A DNA stretch of 64,000 nt from Flectonema sp. DT1601 (lineage: Eukaryota). Position numbers and translations under genes: made by a program. This document shows, one piece after another, positions 12,571 to 27,500 of this stretch (position 1 is its first letter; each line of letters opens with the position of its first letter). Where the stretch lies: positions 1,426,001 to 1,490,000 of the forward strand of contig OZ025782.1 of assembly GCA_964019425.1 (NCBI GenBank), given 5' to 3'. The notes below the pieces were generated by a model that did no database searches, was not told the DNA's origin, and saw only the letters and a list, made by a program, of their open reading frames with translations.

Positions 12571-15500
12571 CCCCGTAAGTGACCTTCCTGCAAGATCCTT
12601 GTGGCGCTTGTTCCACCTTCCAGTAGCACTTCTCGTCATCAACGCAATCGCACTTATCGAGTTTGTTGCAGTCTTTGTCGATACATTTTGATCTGTCCTT
12701 GTCCCATGCACAGTCACTATCAGCCTCGCACGTTGCTACATCCTGGAGCTTCGCGCACGGCTTTTCGACGCACATCGCTGGCGAGATCGACGGGTTCCAG
12801 TGGCAATCCTCAATCTTGTCGCACTGGATCTCTGTCATGTACTCTGTGCACTTCTTCTGTACGCACTCTGTCGTGTTGTCCTTCCACTCACAGTATGGGT
12901 CCGCCACGCAAGGATCCTTCCTGCCTGCCTTACACTTCTCCTCCACGCACGTTCCGGCAGTGATCTCAACGTGTCCGCTTGCATCTTCCGGATTAACACA
13001 CAACTGTCCGACTCCTCCCCACTCGCAGATGTACCCGTCGATGCGTTGGTGGTCTCCCGGGAAGTCGTTCCACTCGCCTGAAGGCCAGCGGAAGTGCGCG
13101 TAGTTCTCTCCACTAGCTGCGCAGGATCCAGGGCAAGCTCCTCTGTAGTTGTTCGGTTCTCCGGCCTCCCAGTTCGTGTACATTGGTTTCCCAGTCTTCG
13201 AATTGGTTGCTACGGCGAAGCTTCCCCCAGTTCCGCTTCCGATCAACAGACCCACTTGGCTCGACAGGTCGCACCCGCTCTTTTGTGCGGCATAGGTGCA
13301 TCCGCTCTCTAGACCTTCCGGTCCCACTACCCATCCCCATTGTCCCTCGTCTTTCAAATCTGCAGCTCCCATCCAACCCTGGCCTTCGAGCTTCAATTTA
13401 GCTACTCGATCCTCCTCATCAGAGGTGATTGTAATTAGATAACCAGTGAGTCCAAGGATCATGTTGTCGGCAGATTCGCATTCTGCCTGTGCCTGGCCCC
13501 AGTGGCACTCGGTCGCCGTCGGGTCGACATTCAAGCACTCGCTCTTCGAGAAGTAATGGTAGTAATGCCCAGTCACCGTTGATAGGAATCCGTGTCCATA
13601 GTTCCAGGTGATAGTTCTCGGAGAACCGGCATCCGAAGTGGTCGTGAAGGTCACCGTTGCAAGCGCTGCTGCATACTCAGTCAACGTCTTTGGGGTTTTC
13701 GATTTCAAGTACAACACTCCAGGAATATCGTGCCATTCAGCCTCAAAACCAAGGGCTGCGCACTGGTCACAGGCTAGCACGTCCTTGCCCTTCACGTATC
13801 CTTCCTCAACGTCAACCGCCGCTCCCTTAACAGTGTCCGAGCAGCTGCATGTTCCGGAAACAGTGCAGGTCAGGGTCGGGAAAGGAACCATCGGTTGTCC
13901 ACGAGCGTATGCGGAAACAGTCGAGTTCAAAGGAATCGTTGTTTGCCACACGCATCCATCTTGGGAGGCAACGCATTTTCCTTCGTCGGTCTCTTTACAA
14001 GGTGGCTCAGTACATTTCTGATTCAAATTGTTCCACACGCAGTCATCTGGGTCAGCAAGGCATCCTTGTTCGTTGTCTCGGTTGCATTTCTTGTCGATGC
14101 ATGTCGACCCGTTCTTGTCAACCTGACAGTCTTTTTGAGCTTCACATTCTGTCGGCTTTCCAGTGTAGATATCACACCCTGTCTTAGGCTCGCGCAAGCA
14201 AATAGTTCCGTTCGTCCACGCGCATCCGTTCGCGGCGTCGGCAGTGCAGTTTTGCTCTTCGCAGTGGTGCAGGCACGGACTGTCACCACATGAAAGAGAG
14301 TTGTCGAACCATACACACCCAGGGTCTGCTAGGCAGCCTACCTGTTGCAGGTGCTGCGGGCAAGGTTGGTGCACACCTCCGCTTGCTGGGTTCGCTGCAC
14401 CGGCTCCCTGCTGCGCAGCCTGTCCAAGAACTAGTGATCCAAACACTCCATTCGGATCGCATATGTCACCAAGCACCTTGTCCGGAATTTCATCAATCTG
14501 CAGATTCTGGAAATGAGCGTCGTGTGGGTTTGACGTGATAGGTTTTAGCGTGTTTTCAGCGTCAAGGTCAGCCTTCGTGTGCTGCGTATTCTTTCGGACT
14601 ACTACACCAAACACCTGCACCTTCTCGGTGTCCAGCTCTGACCGCGCAGCCTGCAGCTGTTCCGGGTCGTAGATTCTTCCGTCGGTAATGATGATCAGCA
14701 CTCTTTGTCTTCCATCGTTCGGTGACTGATGGAAGACGTCAGCCGCCATCTGGAGACCCTTCTGGATCATTGTACCTCTCGAGTAGAAGTTTGCCTCGTG
14801 CCAGTCAACATCCGTACTTAACTCATCAAAGTCTCCCGAGAGACTTCCACCAGTTCCGGTTCCTGCTGGTGTTCCCTTAGCGTCTGCCCTTCCGGCCGAA
14901 GCTCCGCGTTTGTTCTTTCCCGAAAATTGGATCAACCCCACACGCACTTCACCCGTGTTAGGTGCTGAGTTCAGCCCCACATTTGCCTTCTCACCGTTCA
15001 GTGGTAACGTCTTGATCCAATCGCGCAGCATCTCCATCAGTCCGTAGAACCCGTGAGGGTGTCGACCGAAGGTAGCGGACATCGATCCTGATCCATCAAG
15101 AAGAAGAACCAGATCCAGTGTAGGGCATTGACCAAACTTGGTTTCGGTACAGAATTGTTTCGGGGCAAGAGAGTTCCAGAAACACTTCGTTTCTGCCAGA
15201 CAATCGCATCGGTCAAGGTTCTTGCATTCTTTGTCAACACACTCGGTCGAGCTATCGTTGAAAGTGCATAGTGGGTCCGTGTCACAAGCTGGTTTGTTCT
15301 GGTTCATCCTTGCACAGTGCTTGATACTGCACTGTGACGGGGTAAGTGACAGATCCCAATGACATTTTGGGTCCTTGTCACAGCATCTCTCATCAGAGTG
15401 GTGGGTACACAGCTTCAGGGCACACGCGTTGCTCTGCCACTCGCAGTGCTGATCGGCGTTGCAGTCCTGCTCGGTAAGCGCAGGATTCCCAGGAGCAGCC

Positions 15501-18500
15501 ACGCATCTCTTCTTGATGCACTGAGCTCCGTCAGTTACTCCGTCGCACGCATCCCATTCGCACAGAACGTCGCTGTTGCACGCGCTCGCGTTTGTTTGCT
15601 TGCACGGCTTTTCTACACATGTTTGCTGAAGACCGTCCCATTCACACCCCTTCGGATCGAGGTCGCACTCCGCCTCAGTTGGCTGATTGCAGATGCGTTC
15701 CTCGCAGTCTGTTTTTGTCTGGTTCCAGTCACACTTCGGGTCCTTCTCACAAGTTGCTGCATCTTGGTATGAGCATAGTGGGTTCTTCCAACATCCCTCT
15801 AGACCAACGACCGATGCGTTCCAGAAGCAGTCGTTTAGTGTGTCCGCCGTACACTGGGTTTGATTGCAATGCTGCACACACGGCGAGTCGACACACTCGA
15901 GTCCGACTGAGCTGTACAGACAGCCAGGGTCAGCTGTGCACAGCACCTGATCTACGTACTGTGGACAAGGCTTGTGTACACCAGACTGATTCTGGGCAGC
16001 AGCCCCCGGCATCAAGAGGGCACCCCACTTGCTATTTGGGTCACAAAGTCCGTTCAACACTGTGGCTGGAAGCTCGTCGATAATCAGGTTCTCAAAGTGG
16101 TCGTCGTGAGGATCCGACGTAATCGGCTTCAACTTCTCCTCAGCTGCGGTATCCACTGCCGTGTGCGTCGCCTGTCTACGGAGAACCACTCCAAACACTT
16201 CGACACTCTCCTGGTTTAGTGTCGCTCTTGCCGCCGAGAGTTTGTCGTCGTCCTTGATAGCTCCATCCGTGATGATGATTAGCACTCGCTTTCTACCTAC
16301 GGGGCTGGCACGGAACATGTCACCGGCCCATCCAAGACCCTGGTTGATGTAAGTTCCCGCCTGTAGGTAGTTCGCCTCATGATAATCAATGTCCGCCTGT
16401 AACTCAGTTAGCTTTCCTGTCAATGAACCGAACGAACCGACACCGATTGGTGTCCTGATGGCTGCCTTGTCGATAGCTGTTCCTCCACTAATCGGAATAC
16501 CAGAGAACTGGATTACTCCCATTCGCATTCCACCGTTAGGAGCGGTGGAGTTAATCCCCACCTGGTGGCTCTCTCCAGTAAGCGGCAGAGTTTTCACCCA
16601 ATCACGGATCATCTCCATCATGGCATAGAACCCATTCGGGTGACGGCCAAAGTTCTGCGACATCGAACCTGAACCATCCACCAACAATACAACATCAAGT
16701 GTTGGGCACTGTCCGTAACGGCTCTCTACACACTTTCCAGCCCCTGATGACGTATCCCAGAAGCATCTTGGTTCCGCCTTGCAGTCGCATCTGTCAAACG
16801 GATCGCACTCCTTATCAACGCAGCGGTTCGCTCCGTCGTCCCACACGCAGTCGTCCTTGGCGCTGCATGTTGTTGGATCTTTGTTCTTGTTGCAGACCTT
16901 CTCCTTGCAGAGTGATGGCGACACGGTTACATCCCAGTGGCATACCGGGTCCTTGTCACACTCTTTCTCATTCGGGTTTTCAACACACGGCGCTACGACG
17001 CATGGCTCGACATTGCCTCCCAACCACTCACACTTAGGGTTTGCTTTGCAGTCCGTCTCAGTGTCGTTCACACAAACCTTCTCCACACAGACTCCAGGAA
17101 CCAAGTCTGTTACTCCCGTGGCATCACCCACAGCGACGCACATCTCGCCAACACCTCCCCACTCGCAGATGTATCCGTCGATATGATGATGATCCCCTGG
17201 GTAGTCATTCCACTCGCCCGACGGAGAGAGGAAGTGTGCGTAATCTTCCCCATCCGTTGCACAAGATCCCGGACAAGGTCCACTCCAGTTATTTGGCTCT
17301 GCACCCGCCCAGTTTGCGTACATATTTTTTCCAGTAGCTGCGTCGACACGAAGTACAAAGTTTCCAGCTGTACCCTGTCCGAATGGTAACCCAGCTTCGT
17401 TCTGTATATCGCACGAGCTAGTGGTCGGAGTGTACACGCACCCTCCGGCAAGTCCCTCCGGTCCGGTAACCCAGCTCCACGTACTTTCTTGGTGACGGTC
17501 GGTGGCTCCCATCCATCCCTGACCCTCTAATTTCTTCCTTGCGACTTCGTCTTCTGTCTCACTAGTGATGGTGATAAGGTACCCGAGGAGTCCTAAAATC
17601 TTGTTCGAACCCAACGCGCACTGGTCTTGGGCCTCGCTCCACTTGCACGCCCCACCCGGACAAGTAGACTTCGGGAAGAAGTGGTAGTAGTGTCCCGTGT
17701 GTGACGAGAAGAATCCGTGGCCGTAGTTCCAGGTGATTCTCCTCTTACCCGTGTTGTCCGCCGATGTGCTGAACTCAATGCTGGCGATCGCTTTTGCCAG
17801 ATCTGCTGCTGTTCCCGATGAAATGCTTAGCATTCCGCTCTGCGCGTGCCACTCAGCGGTCAGTCCAAGCGCCTTGCAAGCCACGCACGTCAGTGTGTCC
17901 TTACCGTTATTGTAGTACCCGTCCTCGATGTCTACAATCGCACCGGGAAGCACGTTCGAACCAATCGTTGTTGCGCAGGAGCACCCGTTTTTCCAGCTTC
18001 CCGGGGTCTCGCAAGCCAATCCGTCAAAAGGTTTCACTGGAACATCCTTCTCGAAGGACAGTTGGTTAGCCAAGTTTCCAGCTTTACCGGAACCAGTCGC
18101 CCAGTCACACACCGGATCAGCCGCGCAGTCCGACTGCTTGTCGTGCAAGCAGGGCTTCCTCGTACACCCAGGTGTTGGAAGATCTTTCCACTCACATCCC
18201 TCAGGGTCTGCCAAACATGTCTGCTCGTTGTCGTGTTTGCACGGATCGTTTGTACACTCCGCGGCCTTCGCGATTGCGAAGTCACTCGATGGCGGTGGAC
18301 ACACACACCTCCAGTCGTCTTTACTGCTTACCGTGGTGTTTGGATCGAAGCAAGTCTGCTGACAGTTTAGGCTTCCCGCCCGGCAGTCTGCTGTGCACTT
18401 AAACCCGTTGGTGTCACACTCATCTTCTTCACACTTAGCAGGCTTTCCAGTTGCAACGTTTGTTGACGGCGGTTGGCACTTGCAGAGCCAATCGTTCGTC

Positions 18501-21500
18501 GATTGTGGCGTCATATTTGGATCTTCGCACTCTTGCCCAACATCGGAGCAAGTTGTACCTGCGCATGTGGGGCACGTTTGCACGCACTCGTCGAGTACAC
18601 ACTTTGCTTGCTGAGTGATAGCGATGCCGACCGATGGCGGTGGGCACAGGCATTCCCAGTCATTCAACTTAGTGGTGTTCTGGTCCCTGCATGTCTGCCC
18701 GACTTGCTTGCAGGTTGCTTCATTCTCAACACACTCGTCTACTGTGCAAGTTGCCGCAGAGGCCGTCATTACTCCAGATGTAGGAGGTGGACACTCGCAT
18801 TTAAAGTCGTCTTCTGGAGGACATGTTTTCTTTGCATCATAGCAGGTCTGTCCAGCAACCAGGCAAATCGTGTTGTTTCGGCACTCGTCGCAAACGCAAT
18901 CCGCAAGCTTTGCTGTTGCCACTCCCCTCCCAGGGTTGACACATGTGCAGGTCCAGTCAGAAGTAGAATCAACCGATCTGTCCGGGTCTTCGCACGTCTG
19001 CCCTGCGGCAGTACACGTGCTTGGGCCACCTTGCTGCGTCTGTGCGCACGTTGGACAAACCGCAACACACTCGTCTAATTGACACTTGGCAGGAGCCGCT
19101 ACTGCAGGAGTTCCCACCTGTGGTGGGATGCATTCACAGGTCCAATCACCGAGATCCGTGTGAGACTGGTTGTTGTCTACGCATCTCTGTCCCTCTGCAG
19201 AACACACGTTCGTGGAGCTGGTGTCAGTCTGCGCACACGTAGGGCAGGTCACAACGCACTCATCCAACACGCAGTCGGTCGGCGTCCCCAACGTCACGTT
19301 TGTTCCGGTTGCTGGTGGAGCGCACATGCATACCCAGTCTCCAGCAACCATAGGGTTCGGGTCATCGCACACGAATCCAAGATCCGTGCACTTCATCTTG
19401 GCATCATTACTGGTTGCGCATTCTCCTGGGTACTCGCATTGTGCAGGAACTTGCTGCCCGCGCATCGCAGCGACCGCAGGTGGCACTATGCACTCGCACT
19501 CCCAGGTGCCTCTCGTTTTTTTGTCATCATCCACACAAACCTGCCCAGCGGCAGTGCACACCTTTTCGTTATTCGGATCGTGACACTCGTCGTCCTCACA
19601 CGGCGTTGCGGCCGCAGCTACAGCGATGTCCGTTGCTGGAGGAGGACACTTGCACACCCAGTCCGACAGCGACGTCGCGTCGTGGTTCGGGTCGTGGCAA
19701 GTTTGGTTTTGGCTAGAGCACGTGTCATTTGCACAGGTTGGACACACCTTTATGCACTCGTCAAGCTTGCAGTGCGCAGGTGCCACAACGCCCACACCAG
19801 TCATTGGAGGGATACATTCACACGTCCAGTCGCCAGTCGAAGTTGCAGTCTTATCTGGGTCATTGCACTTCTGTTCACCGGTTGGAGCCCCCTTGCACAC
19901 ATCCTTCTCGCAGGTTGGGCAGTCTTTCTCGCACTCGTCTAGCAAGCAGACAGCCGGACCGGCGGTCATTGTTCCATTTGTTGGTGGAAGACACTCACAC
20001 TTCCAGTCTCCCTGCTGAAGCGGGTTTGGATCGACGCACTGCTGACCGACGTTCGTGCAAATGTCTTTGTGGAGTGTGCACTCGTCAATACTGCAGTTCG
20101 CCTGACCGGTTACTTGTGTGTTGTTCGAAGGTGGTGGACAGACACACATCCAGTCGCTCGTCGCAGTTGCGCCTTTGTTCGGGTCAAAGCACGTCTGACC
20201 GTCGGTGCACTTCCCACACGTTCGGCAGTCCACCACGCACTCATCGAGTTTGCAATCCGCTGCCGCAGCTGTGGCTTTCCCGGTCGACGGTGGAGGGCAA
20301 GTACATGTCCAGTCACTGTGATGCGTCATTGTTGGATTTGGATCGTTACACGTCTGTCCCAGTGCCGTGCACGTGTCGTTGGCGCAAGTCGGACAGCTCG
20401 CCACACACTCGTCGAGCCTGCACTCCGCCGGTTGTTGCGAAGGTGGAGTTCCTGCTGGAAAGACAGTTGACGGTGGGATGCACTCGCACACGTAGTCGTC
20501 TGGCGAGCACGGTTCTTTGTTCGGGTCGGTACAGCTCTGGCCTACACCTGTGCACCCGGCTCCCTTGGTCTTGCACTCATCGTAGATGCACTTGTTGCTT
20601 TCCCACGTGCATCTCACGTCGGCGTTGCATTGCTGCTCGTTATACTTCGCGTCCGTTGTATCGAATTTGCACGGACAGGTTGGATCCTCTGCCTTCGAGC
20701 ACGTGGCGTTTTGCGAGTCCCAGGTGCAGTTGTTTCCTTTGTCGTTTCTGCAGTCCGGCTCCAGGCAGTGCAGCAAGCACGGAGAGTTCACGCATAACCC
20801 ACCGACATCTGACCACACACAACCAGCATCCTGCTCGCACGGAGTCTCTGTTACGTAGTCTGGACAAGGATGATGTACTCCGGTCGTTGGCTTAGGAGGG
20901 TCCTTCACAATCAAGTGTCCCCATGGACCGTTCGGATCGCATATCGATCCAATCAGATCTGGAATATCGTCGATCATCAAGTTCTGGAAGTGGTCATCAT
21001 GCGGGTCCGACGTGATCGGTTTCAGGGTCTTCTCAGCATCTAAATCGGCCTTCGTATGCTGGTCCCTCTTCCTTACAACAATACCGAAAGTCTGTACTCC
21101 CTCCCGGTCGAGCTCAGCGCGAGCCGGCGCCAGCGACTGCTCATCAAAAATCCTTCCGTCGGTGAAGATAAACAGGACGCGCTGCCTTCCGTCCACCGGT
21201 GAACCGTGGAAGATGTCCCCGGCCATCGTCAGCGCCTTCTCGATCATCGTTCCCTTCTTGTAGTAGTTGTTCTCGTGGAAGTCGAGATCCGCATCCAGCT
21301 CGCCCAACACACCAGAGAGCCTTCCATTGGTCGTCCCAGAGCCTGAGGCTGCCTTCGCTTCGCTGCGGCGGTAGTTCTTCCCCGAAAATTGGACGAACGC
21401 GACACGCACACCGGCATTGTTCGGTGCCGAATTCAGCCCCACAGTCGCATCCTCGCCGTTCAGTGGCAGCTTCGTAACCCAGTCTCTTAGCATCTCTACC

Positions 21501-24500
21501 AGCGCATAGAATCCATGCGGGTGGCTGCCAAACGTAGATGACATTGAACCAGATCCATCAATGATTACAGCAATATCAATAGTTGGGCACTCACCAAACT
21601 CAATTGCCACGCACTGACCCTGGCCGTTCAATCCGGCACCAGGCTTCCAGTAGCACTTCGAGTTCTTGTCGCAAGGACAGCGGGTCGGGTACTTGCTGCA
21701 GTCGAGGTCTGTACACTTGTTATTTGTGTCGTCCCACAAGCAGTCAGTATCGTTGTTGCAGGTATTCTTGTTGTCGATCTTCGGGCACTTCTTGTCCCCG
21801 CACACAGGGGGGGTCACAGTGATGTCCCACTTACACGCATCCTTGTGGTCGCAGCACCTTTCGTCGAGATATTTCGCACACAAATTCTCCTTGCAGATTC
21901 CGACAACTCCAGTCGCGTCCCAAGAGCAGCGCGAATCAGCTGTACAATCACCAGCAGTCGTGTGAGTACACAGGATCTCCTTACATGATTGTGCTGTGCC
22001 GTTGCACGCGTCGGCCGACCAGTCGCAGTTTGGATCCGTTTTGCAAGTGTTCTGATCTGGGTATTGACATTTCTTCTCTACGCACTGGTCTTTGCCGTTC
22101 ACGTTGATCCACTCACAGGTGTCTGGATCGTCCAGGCAATCCTGAAGGTTGGTATTTGGTGTGCACTTCTCCTTCTCGCACTTCTTCACGTCATCCCACA
22201 CACACTTCTCAGGCGACTTCTGACACTCAGCTTTCGTAGTGTAGGCACACTCAGTGGTCTTCCAACAATCACCAGTTGTCGTGTTCCACACACACAGGTT
22301 CAATGTGTCCGCTGTGCACTCCGGATTGTGGCAGTGTGCCGTACATGGGGAGTCCGCACACGCTGCCGATGCTGCGTCCCACACACATCCGGAGTCCTGC
22401 GTGCATTCGTGTGTGTCAGTGTAGTGGTCACATGGCTTGTGGACTCCACTCTGACCAGGTGCGTTGGTTGAGGTTACAATTAAATGTCCCCACACTCCGT
22501 TCGGGTCGCAGATGTCGGCAAAAACCTGCGACGCTATCTCATCGATCTGCAGGTTCTGAAAATGGTCGTCGTGAGGATCTGAGGTGATAGGCTTCAACGT
22601 TTTCTCTGCATCCGTGTCTGCCTTCGTGTGACCAGATTGGCGACGAACCACTATACCGAAGGTCTGTACCTGTTCCTGGTCTAGCACCTGCCTTGCTGGG
22701 GACAACACATCTGGGTCGTAGATCCTTCCGTCGGTGATGATGATCAGAATTCTCTTCCTCGAGCTCACCTTGTGCGAACGATCAAACATGTCACCGACCA
22801 TTTCAAGACCCAGCTGGATCATCGTACCCTTTCCGAGGTAGTTGTTCTCATGCCAGTCAAGGTCGTCGTTAATCTCCCTTTCGAGACCACTGAGATGCCC
22901 TCCAGTGCCAGTATTTCCGCTAGTTTCGATAGCGTTACTCCTTCCCGAAGACCACGGCCAAGGCCATCCGCGATTCTTACCGGAAAATTGCACGAAACCA
23001 AGACGTACACCACCCGTCACCGGACCGCCCGGCGTAGGCGACGCCGCAGGCTCTCCGGTAAGTGGTAGGGTCTTCACCCAGTCGCGGAGGATCTCAACCA
23101 AAGCGAAGAACCCGTGTGGGTGACGCCCGAAGTTCCTCGACATTGATCCCGAACCGTCGAGGAGCAGGATGATGTCCATCACAGGGCACTCGCCGTATTT
23201 CTTGTCAGCGCACTTCACACCACTCCAGAAGCAGTCTGGATCTTCCTTGCATGCGCATTCTTCCATCTTGTTGCACACCTTGTCCACACACTCATTCGTC
23301 GTGCTGTTCCACATACACAATCCGTCGGCATTACATGGGTCTAGGTGTGCGGCACTCGGGTACGTCGATGGGCAATATTTTTGCTTGCACACCGCAGGTG
23401 CCTGGCTGACATCCCAGTGGCAGCTGTCGTCGTGGTCACAGCACTTTTCATCCGGGTAGTTCACGCACGGAGCAGGCTCGCAAGTCAGCTGCTGGCTCCA
23501 CACGCAGAAGATGTCTGCCTGGCAACCCGCCTGCGTTTTGTGGCTGTCGAGGATGCACCTCTTCGGGACGCACTTCTGATCCACTGGGTCTGAGCACACG
23601 TCGTCCCACTGGCAGTCTGGATCAGCTACACACTCAGTTTTGTTGTAGTAGCATGGCGTCTTCACGCAGTCTGGAGGTTGCAGGCTTGTGTCCCACATGC
23701 ACTTCTCTCCGAGGTTCACGCAAGCATCCTCCGTCGTTGCATCGCACTCTGGTTCGAAGCACGCAGGGTTCTTCGCCTGATCCCATTGGCAATTGTTAGC
23801 CTTGCAGTCCAGCTGGTTCTGGTAATCCGTGCACACAGCCTTCTCGCACGTGTCACCGTTTGTATTCCACAAGCATTTATTATTCGGGTCATTTGTGCAG
23901 TTATTCTCATTACAGTTCGAGAAGCAAGGGTGGTCCTCGCATTTTAGACTGATCGAATTCCACTTGCACGTTTTCTCTGAGTCGCAGCTCGCCAATGCAC
24001 CAATTTGGCTGCAGGACGTCACCTGTGACGATGATCCCTGTGTGATGTACGTTCCGAATGGACTGTTTGGATCACAGAAACCGTCCATAATCGAGAGTGC
24101 CTCGTCTACTTGGAGTGAAAGGGCGTGAGTTGCTTTAGGGGTAGAAACAATCTCCTTTAACGTCGCCAAGTTTGCCAAGTCACGTGTGGTCGCGGTCGCT
24201 TGGCGCCTAAGGAGGATTCCGAATACCTTTACTCCCTCTGCTGCCAATACCTGACCGGCAGGCCCAAGCTCATCCTTGTCCATAATCCTTCCATCGGTGA
24301 TGATCAGCAGCACCTTCTGTCTACTCGCTGGTGATTCCTTGAAGATCTCACCTGCCCACTCCTCCGCCTCCTTCACCTTCGTCTGGCAACGGAGAGCTTC
24401 TCCCTCGTACCAGTCGAGGTCCGCAAGGAGCTGCGTCCTGTCACCAGTCAACTTTCCGCATGTGTCAGCCACAGTCGGAGTGGTTCCCGTAATGATACTC

Positions 24501-27500
24501 AGCGATGGGATACCGTCTCCCTTTGTTACCCCGCTATTAGGATTGCATGAGCACGTAGGGCACTGGGCAACCCGAACTCCTGTGTCCCACGAGTTGAAGG
24601 CCACACGAAGCTTTCCTCCCTTGACGTTCGAGTTGATACCCTTGGTTGAATCCTCGCCGGTCAGGGGAACCTTCTGTACCCAGTCCCTCATCACTTCCAT
24701 CAGAGCATCAAACCCGCTAGGGTGACGACCGAACGTCTTGTCCATCGAGCACGACGCGTCAAACGACACCACCACGTCGAGGTCAGGGCAGCTCGAGTAC
24801 TTCTGGTCTACACAAACCGCAGAGCCACTTGATCTGTCAATAATGCAGCGAGGGTCTTCTTTGCACGGACAAATGAAGTCATTAGGGAACAGGTTGCTGT
24901 TGTAGTCACTGCACACCTTGTCAACGCACTTGTTGTTTGCGACGTCCCATCTGCACACCCCTTTTTGGTCACTGTTGCAGCTGTCCTTGTTTGCGTGCGT
25001 GTCAAAGCAGTACTTCTCTGCGCACAACCCACACCCAACAGCGTCCCAATGGCAGTCCGTGTCGCGGTTACACGACACCTCGTCAGCGTGCGGGTAGCAC
25101 TTGGTCTCCGAACATGTCGTACCGTCCCAGTTGCAGGCTGTGTCTGCGAGGCACTCGGCTTGAGTTGTTGTCGTACAGCGTTTCTTGTGGCACAGCGGGT
25201 TCGCACCATCGCCCCACTCACATCTAGGTACATTTAGTTGGTTCTCACAAGAACTCTGATCGGTAAAGAGGCAAACTTTGTTGATACACGAGTCGCTCAC
25301 GCAGTCCCAGTCGCACAACCCACTCGGGTCAGCAAGGCACTTTTGCTCATCTTTGATTTCTTTGCAGTCTGGCTTGGTTGGGTTGCATGTTCCCGTTGGT
25401 GCATCCCATTTGCACTTGTCATCGGCGTTGCACGGCCCAGGCGCGAAGTGCTGGCAGTCTTTCGGGTCGCATTCAGCTGGAACCTTTGTCGTATTCCAAT
25501 CACACAGGTCATCCTGCACGCAATCCTGCTGAGCTGGATGCTTGCATACTTCACGCTGGCACTTATCCTGGTCCCAGAAGCATCCAGTAGCTAAATCGCA
25601 GTCCGGCTTGAGACAGTGCTTCTCGCATTCCGTCGTTACGCACATTCCACTAGCTGTGTTCCTCGCTCCCGCGGTACACGCCACGGAACCCCCAGCGAGC
25701 ATGCAGTTCTCACAAACAAACCCAGCAGCCTTCTGTGTTGCTGAAAGCTCTAGACAGTTCAGGTTCAAGCAACCTTCAGCCGCTGCACATTTCTGGGGAA
25801 CCACGTCCTGCCAGTCACAAGCCTGATCAGCCCTGCACTCCAGCTTCACTCCCCATTTTGAGCAAGGGACAACAGCTCCGGTCGCCGGCGGCGGCGTATT
25901 TCCTCCCTGGTTCTGGTGCGCTAGGATGGCGGCCCCAAAGCGGCCAGCAGGATCACAGAAGTCCTTAAATACCTCATCCAACATGTCGTCCAGTGGAACG
26001 TTCACAAAGTGGTCATCGTGCGGGTCCGAAGTGATCGGCTTCAGAGTCTTCTCTGCATCCAAGTCTGCCTTCGTGTGCGCGGCACTCTTCCTTACAACTA
26101 CACCGAAGGTGATTACATCCATATTGTCCAAGCTCTGGCGGATAGCTGGGATTTCGCTGCTGCTCTGCGGTTCCTTAGGGTTCATAGCTCCATCAGTGAT
26201 GACGATCAGTACGTGTTGTCTGTGTGATGGCGATCCCTGGAATACGTGCACCGCATCCTCCAGTGCTTTTGCCATGTAAGTAACTGACTTCATGTAGTTC
26301 GTCTCGTGCCAGTCGAGGTCGACATTCAGCTCGCTGAGATCTCCACTGAGTTCTCCATCTGTGCATGTACCAGCAGGGGCAGGAGCGCGGCAACCCCTCG
26401 TTCCTAAAGTGCATCCCTGGCCGTTGTTCTTGCACACCCAGTATGCGTCAGTTCTCGAGAATTGTACGAACGCAAGACGGAAAGTTCCACCGATAACCGA
26501 GGATTGCTGGCCCACCGTGTGATCCTCACCTGTCAACGGAAGGGTCTGCATCCAGTCACGCAGCATCTCTACCATTCCAAAGTATCCGTGAGGGTGGTTT
26601 CCGAATCTCGCACTCATGGAGCCAGATCCGTCCAGCACAAACACCACATCGAGATCTGGGCATGCCGATACGTGCACATCCCTACACTTCGGGTTGGTGG
26701 TTGAATCCCAGTAGCAGTCGGGGTTTTTAGTGCAGTCGCAGTTTGTTAGGTCACCGCATCTTGTCTTCTCACAGTAAGTTCCATTCCCATCGCTTCCTTG
26801 CTTACAGTTGGGGTCCGACGAGCACCTTGCATCGACTGTGCTTGCTGGTGGGTACTTTGTGTTGTACGCCACAGTACATTCCGTTGGCTGGCACGATGCA
26901 GGCGCCGTGGTGGTGTTCCAGTGGCAGCGTGGGTCATGGTCGCACGCAACGATGTCGTCTCCGAAGCTTGGGCAGTAATCCGTCGTGCACGGGGTTGTTC
27001 CATCCCACATACAGAGTGGATCCTGGTCGCAGTTATTCTGAGTTGTGTGCACCTTGCACTTATCAACTTCGCATTGCTGGCTGCGGGTGTTCCACTTACA
27101 GTTCTCGCATCCAGCCGCGTCACAAGGTTGCTGAGCAGTATACGTGCACGGTCTCTCTGAGCATGCCCCATTAACCCATTCGCAATTCGAGTCGACGCCG
27201 CACGTTGCTGTGGTCGTGTATTGACAACGACTGTCGCGGCATTCAGTTGGCAATGAGCAGTTGTACACACACTGCGGGTCCGCAAGGCAATCCGCCTGCG
27301 ACTTTCCGTCACATGTTGGGATTTGCAAGCACACAGGCGGGTCAACACCCGTATCCCACAAGCAGTCGGTCTTGTTAAGGCACGCATCCTGCACAAATAT
27401 AGCAGCGCACGGTTTCTTCGAGCAGTCCCTGGTATTGTCATCCCACTGGCACAGTGAGTCCGCGTCTCCTTCGCAGTTCGTCTTGTCAGTGTGCTCGCAT

